A model generated the notes under the pieces. It saw only the letters and a list, made by a program, of their open reading frames with translations, made no database searches and had not been told where the DNA came from. Both the position numbers and the translations under genes were made by a program. A stretch of 64,000 nt of DNA. Source: Candidatus Magasanikiibacteriota bacterium (GTDB lineage: Bacteria > Patescibacteriota > Patescibacteriia > Magasanikbacterales > UBA922). The stretch lies in the NCBI GenBank assembly GCA_041674805.1, contig JBAYVA010000001.1, positions 262,612 to 326,611 of the forward strand, in the 5' to 3' direction. Positions 18,738 to 26,400 of the stretch are shown piece after piece; within the stretch, counting starts at the first letter, position 1, and every line of letters starts with the position of its first letter.

Positions 18738-20777
18738 CTAATTTTGTCTATAATTAGCCCACCAACGATAGAATTCATCAACTATTCTAGTTGCAACACC
18801 ACTACCTTCTATACCTTCTTCAACTAAAACAGTGACTACTATATCTGGATTATCAAAAGGAGCAAAAGATGTAAACCAAGAATGATTATCTTTTTCTTGA
18901 CTCCACTGAGCAGTACCTGTTTTACCAGCAACTTCAAATGGCAGAGTTGAAAGTCTACGACAAGAACCATATTCTACACAATCTTTCATACCTAGACGAA
19001 TAATATTTAGATTATTTTGATCTACAAAATTTTCATTTAAAATTTTGTTTTCTACTTCAGTTACTTCACCTGTTTCAGGATTTATTATTTCTTTTACCAA
19101 ATAAGGAGCATACAAAGTACCACCATTAGCAATACTAGCTGTCATATTGGCAATTTGCAAAGGTGTAGTTAAAAAATCTCCTTGCCCAATAGCATAATTA
19201 TATGTATCACCAATATACCACGGTTCTTTTTTGACTCTTTGCTTCCACTGTGGTGTAGGCAAGAAACCTGCTGATTCTGAAGGTAAATCTATACCAGAAA
19301 TTTTTCCAAAACCAAATTTTTTTAAATATTCATTTATTTTGTCTACACCCAAACCAACAAAATCACCATAACCACCGCCAATATAATAATAAAAAGTATT
19401 TACAGACCAAGCAATAGATCTTCTGACATTTGTAATACCATGTCCACCTGCTTGCCAATCAGGAAAAAACCATTTATCAACTCTTAAACCACCAGTACTT
19501 AAAAATGAAGTATTTTCAGTAATAACTTTTTCTTCCAAAGCTGCTGATGAAATTACTGGTTTGATAACAGAACCAGAGGGAAAATTACCACTAATAGCTC
19601 TATTGAACAATGGCATATCTTCATCTGCCAAATAAGCAGCATAAACAGCTTTGTCTATACCACCAGAAAAATCATTATTATCAAAACCAGGATAACTAAT
19701 CAAAGCTAAAATTTCACCATTTTTAGGATTCATTACTATTGCAGAAGCTCTTTTTTTTTCAATTTGTTTTAATTGACTAGCTATCAATTCTTCTAACTTA
19801 TTTTGAATATTTATATCTATAGATAAAATAATATTAGAACCAGAGACAGGATCTTTTTCAGACAAAACTTGTTGTTCTTTTCCACTTGCATTTACTTCTA
19901 CTTTTTTCTCACCATAAACACCCCGTAAATATTGTTCATATATCTTTTCTACACCTATTTTACCTATAATATCAGATGGTAAATAACCTTTTTTATAATA
20001 AGTCTCCAACTCTTCTGGAGACAATTTTCCAACATAACCTAACACGTGTGAAAGACTATTTTTATTTTGATTAATTTCATTATTTTCTTCTGCTAAATTT
20101 TCTGCTAAAGTTTGAACAGTCGTACTAACAATACCTATCACTAAATCTTCTTTGGTATTTAAATATAATCTTTTACTACCCAATTGAACATCTATACCTG
20201 GTAAATCAGCTGTGGCAATTTCAGCTTTCAAAGCTGTCTCATAAGAAATATCTTCAGCAATTACAATAGATTCTTTGGTATAATTTTTATATTTTTCCAA
20301 AATTTCAAAAACTTCTTCTCTATTTTGATTTGTAATTTCAATTAATTTATCAACTAATCTATTCATTTGGTTAATATCTTTTGGTAAATTTTTTGGAATA
20401 ACTGTCAAATAAAAATTAGAAATATTTTGTGTCAATTGTACTTTGTTTCTATCAAATATCAAACCTCTTTCAGCAATGACTGGCACATTTTTTTGACGAT
20501 TGTTTTCAGCTAATACTCGATAATTATCTCCCAACAAAATTTGTAAAAAGAAACTTCTACCTAAGATAATAGAAAAACAAAAAACTACAAAAATCAAAAA
20601 CCAAAACATTTTCTTTTGTCCAGAAAAACTTGATCCTAAGTGAGAATTACCAAAAACTAAAACATCTCCATTACCTTTGTTATTACAAAAAGAACTATCT
20701 TCTGTCCAAGATAATTTGTATTTTCCATTCATCTCTATTTTTTTTTCTGGATTTATCAAGTAAGGATCAATTTCCAT
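18738..20777 (-). CDS. mrdA: penicillin-binding protein 2 (class B transpeptidase, elongasome)
   Basis: N-terminal TM helix, SxxK (SGSVIKP), SxN-like motif and KTGTAQ. It follows mreBCD. Confidence 0.85.
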   Translation of the reverse strand: MEIDPYLINPEKKIEMNGKYKLSWTEDSSFCNNKGNGDVLVFGNSHLGSSFSGQKKMFWFLIFVVFCFSIILGRSFFLQILLGDNYRVLAENNRQKNVPVIAERGLIFDRNKVQLTQNISNFYLTVIPKNLPKDINQMNRLVDKLIEITNQNREEVFEILEKYKNYTKESIVIAEDISYETALKAEIATADLPGIDVQLGSKRLYLNTKEDLVIGIVSTTVQTLAENLAEENNEINQNKNSLSHVLGYVGKLSPEELETYYKKGYLPSDIIGKIGVEKIYEQYLRGVYGEKKVEVNASGKEQQVLSEKDPVSGSNIILSIDINIQNKLEELIASQLKQIEKKRASAIVMNPKNGEILALISYPGFDNNDFSGGIDKAVYAAYLADEDMPLFNRAISGNFPSGSVIKPVISSAALEEKVITENTSFLSTGGLRVDKWFFPDWQAGGHGITNVRRSIAWSVNTFYYYIGGGYGDFVGLGVDKINEYLKKFGFGKISGIDLPSESAGFLPTPQWKQRVKKEPWYIGDTYNYAIGQGDFLTTPLQIANMTASIANGGTLYAPYLVKEIINPETGEVTEVENKILNENFVDQNNLNIIRLGMKDCVEYGSCRRLSTLPFEVAGKTGTAQWSQEKDNHSWFTSFAPFDNPDIVVTVLVEEGIEGSGVATRIVDEFYRWWANYRQN

Positions 20778-20781
20778 AAAA

Positions 20782-21285
20782 TTATCTAAAATTTTTATTT
20801 TTTAATATGAATTTATCTATAAAAAAATAAAAAATAAAGACAAAAAAAGTAGTCAAAAACATTTCCCAAAGATAAAAAATAAAAATATCACTATTCAAAT
20901 ATTTACCATCAAAAATAAATAAACCTGTATAAAAAGTTCTAAAAAATAAAATAGTAATTACAGACATAACTGTCAAAGACAATACTGATTTATTGGTAAA
21001 AAATTCATAATACAACCAATAAATAAATAAAAAAGCAAATGTCAAAGAAATTGTAAAAACACCAAAATACAAATCACTATACAAATCCATCAAAAATCCT
21101 GAAAAAAAAGCCAACCACACTAAGTTACCATGACCTTTAATACCCAAGAAAATAAGTAAATAAATAATTACAAAATTTATAGTATTAAATGGAAAAGGCA
21201 AAACAGAATAAAAATAAAAATTGAAAATAAAAATGATAATAGTTAAAATAATATACAAAATAGAATTTATAATATTTTTTAACAT
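20782..21285 (-). CDS. mreD: rod shape-determining protein MreD (polytopic membrane protein)
   Basis: 167 aa and highly hydrophobic. Called by position between mreC and PBP2. Confidence 0.5.
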   Translation of the reverse strand: MLKNIINSILYIILTIIIFIFNFYFYSVLPFPFNTINFVIIYLLIFLGIKGHGNLVWLAFFSGFLMDLYSDLYFGVFTISLTFAFLFIYWLYYEFFTNKSVLSLTVMSVITILFFRTFYTGLFIFDGKYLNSDIFIFYLWEMFLTTFFVFIFYFFIDKFILKNKNFR

Positions 21286-21286
21286 A

Positions 21287-22081
21287 CTACTTATTTTCTT
21301 TTATAATAACTGAAACCAAATTGATATAACCCAAATCTGCCAATGGTGTAATCACAGCTTGCTGAAAAGGCTCATGAGGTTGTTTGTCAATTATTTCCAC
21401 CTCACCTATTAACAAACCTTTTGGAATACCTTCTGTCAATCCAGAAGAGACAATAACATCACCAGGATTTATTACTTCATTTTGAGGAATATAATTCATT
21501 CTGACGCCAAGTCCATAACCACCTTCTAACAAGCCCAAACTTTTATCATTATTGATAATAGTCGCAGCAACAACACTATTATTATCATTTATCAGTCTTA
21601 CTGTAGATCTGTTTTTTTCTACTTCAATAATTCTCCCAATAAAAATACCATCAGAAACAATAACAGAATTACCAATTTCTATGTTATCTTCTATGCCTCT
21701 GTCTATTATCAAAGTAGTTCCTAAAGGATTAATAGTTCTACTTACCACTCTAGCACTTAAATAAACAAAATTTTTATCTGAAAAAAAATTTAATTGTTTT
21801 TTGAATTCTTCATTTTCTTCAGTAATTATTTGTAATTTATTTTTTATTACTTCATTTTCTTTTTTCAAATCTTCAAAATAAATTTTGTCTTCAAAAGTAA
21901 AAATTTCATCATTAGATTTAAAAAATTGTTTCAAATTATTTACTGGATGTAAAGACCAATCAATAAAAGAAATTATAGGTTTTTCCAAAAAAGTAATCAT
22001 TTTAAAATGATGTAAAACAACAAAAATCATTACTACAAAAAATATAGAAAAAAAAATAGTTGTTTTATTTTTTGTAACCAT
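21287..22081 (-). CDS. mreC: rod shape-determining protein MreC
   Basis: N-terminal TM helix plus coiled coil, then a beta-rich C-domain. Called by position after mreB. Confidence 0.7.
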   Translation of the reverse strand: MVTKNKTTIFFSIFFVVMIFVVLHHFKMITFLEKPIISFIDWSLHPVNNLKQFFKSNDEIFTFEDKIYFEDLKKENEVIKNKLQIITEENEEFKKQLNFFSDKNFVYLSARVVSRTINPLGTTLIIDRGIEDNIEIGNSVIVSDGIFIGRIIEVEKNRSTVRLINDNNSVVAATIINNDKSLGLLEGGYGLGVRMNYIPQNEVINPGDVIVSSGLTEGIPKGLLIGEVEIIDKQPHEPFQQAVITPLADLGYINLVSVIIKENK

Positions 22082-22114
22082 AATAAAACTACAGAATAAA
22101 ACTAAAACAATACT

Positions 22115-23161
22115 TTATCTTTTATCTTTTGAAGAAGGCAAAGCAATATTTTTTAATAATTCTGGTTCTTCTAACAAAATACCAGCCCCCCGTACTGTAG
22201 TAGTCAAAGGATCATCAGCTATTCTAACAGCAATTTCAGTTGCTCTAGAAATAATTTTGTCCATACCACGAAGCAAAGCCCCTCCACCTACTAGCAAAAT
22301 ACCACGTTCATGTATATCTGCAATAAGTTCTGGTGGTGTGGTTTCCAAAGTCATTTTTATATGTTCTACAATAGTTTTGATACTACGAGCCAAAGCTTCT
22401 CTAATTTGATTATCTGTTATCAAAACTTCTTTTGGCAAACCAGTAATGACATCTCTACCTTTCATTTGAAATTCAATGACTTCATTACTTGGCAAAGCAG
22501 AACCAACTTTCAATTTTATTTGTTCAGCATGACTCTCACCTACCAATAAATTAAAAACTTCTCTCGCATATTGAATAATATTTCTATTCATTTCATCTCC
22601 TGCTATTTGGGTAGATTTCCAAGTTACAACACCATTCAATGATAAAACCGCAATTTCTGTATTGCCAGCACCAATATCTACTACCATATTCCCCACAGGT
22701 TCTTGAATTGGCAAACGTGCCCCAATAGCAGCTGCCATAGGACCTTGTACTACAATCACTTCACGAGCACCCGCTGAAGTGACAGCATCTTCTACAGCTT
22801 TTATTTCTACTTCAGTTACTTCTAGTGGTACTGCAATAATTACACGCGGACGACTAGTAAAAGAAAAACCATCTCTTTGTACTTTGTCTATAAAATATTT
22901 CAACATTTTTTCTGTAACTTCATAATCAGAAATAACTCCAGCAGTAAGAGGTCTTGTCACTTGGATATGAGCAGGTGTTTTACCAAGCATTTGTTTAGCT
23001 TCTTGTCCTACAGCAAGAATTTGTTCAGTTTTAATATTTACAGCCACAACAGAAGGTTCATCAATTACGATACCTTTTTCCGGAGTATAAACTAAAGTAT
23101 TGCCAGTTCCCAAGTCAATCGCAATATCTTTACCTATTTTTTTAAACAATTTTTCAAACAT
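22115..23161 (-). CDS. mreB: rod shape-determining actin homolog MreB
   Basis: IDLGTGNTLVY phosphate-1 motif and DIGAGNTEIAV; 348 aa. Confidence 0.95.
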   Translation of the reverse strand: MFEKLFKKIGKDIAIDLGTGNTLVYTPEKGIVIDEPSVVAVNIKTEQILAVGQEAKQMLGKTPAHIQVTRPLTAGVISDYEVTEKMLKYFIDKVQRDGFSFTSRPRVIIAVPLEVTEVEIKAVEDAVTSAGAREVIVVQGPMAAAIGARLPIQEPVGNMVVDIGAGNTEIAVLSLNGVVTWKSTQIAGDEMNRNIIQYAREVFNLLVGESHAEQIKLKVGSALPSNEVIEFQMKGRDVITGLPKEVLITDNQIREALARSIKTIVEHIKMTLETTPPELIADIHERGILLVGGGALLRGMDKIISRATEIAVRIADDPLTTTVRGAGILLEEPELLKNIALPSSKDKR

Positions 23162-23259
23162 ATTTTAATTAAAACACTAGAACATAAAAACATTAAAACA
23201 ATTTTTTCAAATAAATTATTATTTCAATGTGTTCATTTATATCTACTAAATAATTTTTA

Positions 23260-24495
23260 CTATTTTAATAATTCATCAATTGCAATAATTTTAGCTTCAC
23301 TTTCATTACGTTTTTTCATTTCAACAGAATCTTGTGCCAAAGTCTTTGGACTAATAATGACACGAAGAGGAATACCGATTAAATCACTATCAGCAAACTT
23401 CTCCCCTGCTCGCACGCCAACTCTATCATCATACAAGACTTCTTTGCCTTGTTTTGTCAAAGTTTCATAAAGTTCATCAGCTTTCTTCACATCAGCTTCT
23501 TCTGTACAAAGTGAGACTAAATGAATTTGGAAAGGAGCAACACTTTCTGGCCAGATAATACCTTTGTCATCAGATAAAGCTTCTACGACAGTACCTATCA
23601 AACGACTAAGTCCAATACCATAACAACCCATTAAAACTATATGATTTTGTCCTTGATCATCAGTAAATGACAAATCAAAAGGTGCAGAAAATTTTGTTTT
23701 CAAGTCAAAAATATTACCTACTTCAATAGATTTTTTTTCTACTAATTTTTCTTTTTCAAAACCTAGACTTTCTAAAACCTCATCATTAAAGACCTCTTTA
23801 TTTACAGCAAGTTTCTTTTCTTCATCAACATAGATAGTATCTTCACCAGCATTGGTGATAGTCTGGAATTCGTGTGAATATTTTGAAAAAGTACCACCAG
23901 AAGCAAAGGTCATGTAAGTTATACTACCAAGACCAACTCTTTCAAAAATATTTTTGTAAACATCTTTCATTTTATCATAGAATTTTTCAAAATCTTCTTG
24001 TGAAGTATGGAAAGAGTACATATCTTTCATAATAAATTCTCTACCACGCAAAATACCAGATTTGGCGCGAAGTTCCATTCTAAATTTATTTTGAATTTGA
24101 TAGACTACAACAGGAAAATCTTTGTATGAATTGGCATAATTTTTCAAAATTGGAACTACTATTTCTTCATGAGTAGGACCTAATGCAACCTCTCTACCAG
24201 AAGAATCACTGACTTTGTACAAATCATCCATAGAAGTCCAACGTTCAGTTTTTTCCCAGTTTTCTTTTGGTTGAAAAGAAGACATAAGTATTTCTTGACC
24301 ACCAGCTTTATCCATTTCTTCTCTGATTATGTTTTCTATTTTTTTGAAGACTCTTAGACCTAAAGGTAAATAAGAGTAAACACCAGCCATTTCTTTGTTA
24401 ACAAATCCTGCACGAATAAGTAGTTGAGCATTTTTTGACACTTCATCAGCAGGCGCCTCTTTGCGAGTTTTGGTAAATAATTGTGATTGTTTCAT
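23260..24495 (-). CDS. proS: proline--tRNA ligase (short form without the INS editing domain)
   Basis: The class II core is conserved through to the C-terminal anticodon-binding domain. The likely start is the internal ATG (MKQSQLF), not the upstream ORF start. Confidence 0.85.
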   Translation of the reverse strand: MKQSQLFTKTRKEAPADEVSKNAQLLIRAGFVNKEMAGVYSYLPLGLRVFKKIENIIREEMDKAGGQEILMSSFQPKENWEKTERWTSMDDLYKVSDSSGREVALGPTHEEIVVPILKNYANSYKDFPVVVYQIQNKFRMELRAKSGILRGREFIMKDMYSFHTSQEDFEKFYDKMKDVYKNIFERVGLGSITYMTFASGGTFSKYSHEFQTITNAGEDTIYVDEEKKLAVNKEVFNDEVLESLGFEKEKLVEKKSIEVGNIFDLKTKFSAPFDLSFTDDQGQNHIVLMGCYGIGLSRLIGTVVEALSDDKGIIWPESVAPFQIHLVSLCTEEADVKKADELYETLTKQGKEVLYDDRVGVRAGEKFADSDLIGIPLRVIISPKTLAQDSVEMKKRNESEAKIIAIDELLK

Positions 24496-24549
24496 AATAA
24501 TAATTTTAATAGAATTTATTTTAATTTTAAATTTTATCAACATTACGAA

Positions 24550-24600
24550 TAAATGGAGATAAAATAAAGATACAATTGAGATAATTTTAGCTGAGTCTGC
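24550..24600. repeat. GAGATAA-type short intergenic repeat (copy upstream of proS)
   Basis: aataaatggagataaaataaagatacaattgagataa. Related copies lie at 26236-26340 and 42693-42781. Confidence 0.5.
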
Positions 24601-24632
24601 TGTATCTGCTGACAGCTGTATCTGCTTATTTA

Positions 24633-25022
24633 CTACCCCACGGGTTTGTGCTTAACTGAAATATTAAAAGATATAATCAAAACAAAAATAATCAATAATA
24701 ATGTTCCTGTTACAACATTTAGATAATTATTACCTTGTAAAAACAAAGTAAAAATCAAAAATGAAGAAAGAAACAAAGATTGACGAAAACTTATCTGCAC
24801 ATATCTAAATAAAGGCATTTCTTTTGATCCAAATAATTTGTAAAAAAAGAAAAAAATAATAGAAAAAGTACCAAGCACAGACAAAAGCAAACTACCATAA
24901 AAAAACAAAAAACCCGAAACAGGAGTAGTAAAAGGATCAATATTGTTTATGACAAAAAACCAAGAAACCCAACACAGCATAGTGGCAAACATCATGGTAA
25001 ATATATATTGTCTCAAATTCAT
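24633..25022 (-). CDS. hypothetical polytopic membrane protein
   Basis: 129 aa with about 4 hydrophobic segments. Confidence 0.45.
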   Translation of the reverse strand: MNLRQYIFTMMFATMLCWVSWFFVINNIDPFTTPVSGFLFFYGSLLLSVLGTFSIIFFFFYKLFGSKEMPLFRYVQISFRQSLFLSSFLIFTLFLQGNNYLNVVTGTLLLIIFVLIISFNISVKHKPVG

Positions 25023-25112
25023 ATAATTTTAGATATAAAACAAAATATAGCTATATTTAGCTATATCTTATATTACACTTTTTTTGTGGCTTTGGCAAGG
25101 GTAGTTTTCTAG

Positions 25113-25910
25113 CTATTTTTTGGCTTTTTTTCTAGGAAAAATACTTTTAACTCTACCCCAAAGACCAACTACTTCTTGTTTTTCTTCTATTTCTAATTCT
25201 TCTACTTTTGGCACAAGAATTAATTCACCTTGACCTACATTATCTGCAATAGATAATTTACCATCAGCACCAAGCAATCTTACAGCTTCAGTTTTTTTAA
25301 ACTTACCTAATTCTTCAACAATAACATCACCAGCATTTTTCCAGTTCGTACTTAATTTTGGTGAATGAATATTGAATATTTTTTTTAATATTTCTATATT
25401 TGGATTACTACAAAGATATATAATATTTTCAGCAAAATTTGAAGAATTGTATATAGCTTCTAACAAAGTCTTAATTTGTATATCAGATAATTTGTCTACA
25501 CTAATGAGTGAAAATAACAAATTAGTTGCTACTCTTGGTTGTTTCAAAATTCTATTCCATAAAACATCCAAATTACCATCATATTCATGCATAGTCAATA
25601 ATACATACAATTCCTGTGCTGCTACGCCTGTTTTATCATTTGCAACAGCTTGTATTAATTTTTGCATTCTTGTTTCAGGGATAATATGACCTCTTTCTAT
25701 AATATCTTTTATAAAATGTAAACATCTTCTTGGATTTTCTTCTAATAATTTAAAAGTAGCTTCCTCATGTAAATTAAAACCTGTTTCAGCTATTTCATCT
25801 GTTTCAGTTGATGATCTATCATTTCTGATATGAACAAATCCCTCAGAAGTGATTGGCTCTTGTTTTCCTTCTTGTCTAATCCAATCATAAGATGGACTTC
25901 TTTCTGACAT
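25113..25910 (-). CDS. hypothetical protein
   Basis: 265-aa ORF with no family recognised. Basic C-terminal tail. Confidence 0.45.
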   Translation of the reverse strand: MSERSPSYDWIRQEGKQEPITSEGFVHIRNDRSSTETDEIAETGFNLHEEATFKLLEENPRRCLHFIKDIIERGHIIPETRMQKLIQAVANDKTGVAAQELYVLLTMHEYDGNLDVLWNRILKQPRVATNLLFSLISVDKLSDIQIKTLLEAIYNSSNFAENIIYLCSNPNIEILKKIFNIHSPKLSTNWKNAGDVIVEELGKFKKTEAVRLLGADGKLSIADNVGQGELILVPKVEELEIEEKQEVVGLWGRVKSIFPRKKAKK

Positions 25911-25932
25911 ATTATAAAAATTAAAAATAAAT

Positions 25933-26232
25933 TTAAGCCAAATATCTAATCCTATCTACTTCATTTCTTCCTAATTTTTCATTCAATTTATCCACTATTT
26001 GTACTTGATTAAGCCTTATCTCTTGAGCCATAGCAGAACTACTGCAACTTATAGTCAAAGTTCTGTTTTTGAGAAAAAGTGGAATAGCGGTATTTGCCAA
26101 TTCTTCACCAAACATCTCTGATAACACAACTTTGGCTTCCTCAACTACTTGAGAATCCTCCAATTGTTTTTTGAGTGGGCCTTTTTGAGCGAATCTACTA
26201 TTTAGTGTGTCTCCAAGGGAGGAAAAGGGCAT
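25933..26232 (-). CDS. DUF721 (DciA-like) family protein, tentative
   Basis: 99 aa. The TLTISCSSSAMAQEIRLNQVQIVDKLNEKLG pattern resembles the DUF721 family. Confidence 0.4.
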   Translation of the reverse strand: MPFSSLGDTLNSRFAQKGPLKKQLEDSQVVEEAKVVLSEMFGEELANTAIPLFLKNRTLTISCSSSAMAQEIRLNQVQIVDKLNEKLGRNEVDRIRYLA

Positions 26233-26235
26233 AAA

Positions 26236-26340
26236 TTCTTTGTATAAATAAATGGAGATAAACTTGAGATAAATAGAGATGATACAATAGTTTTTCGGTT
26301 AAAACTCATCTCAAGTGTATCTCTATCTTATCTCTTCGTC
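26236..26340. repeat. GAGATAA-type intergenic repeat with internal inverted repeat
   Basis: aaataaatggagataaacttgagataaatagagat ... atctcaagtgtatctctatcttatctc; the second arm is roughly the reverse complement of the first. Confidence 0.5.
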
Positions 26341-26400
26341 TTTTATCTTACCACACATCATTTCAAAATCCAAATTATTCTTAATAAACAAAGCCCAACA

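Noticed and set aside
12957-24632. T-box riboswitch leaders upstream of serS, lysS and proS
   Set aside because: The leaders are short (57-220 bp). No T-box or specifier-loop conservation was seen.
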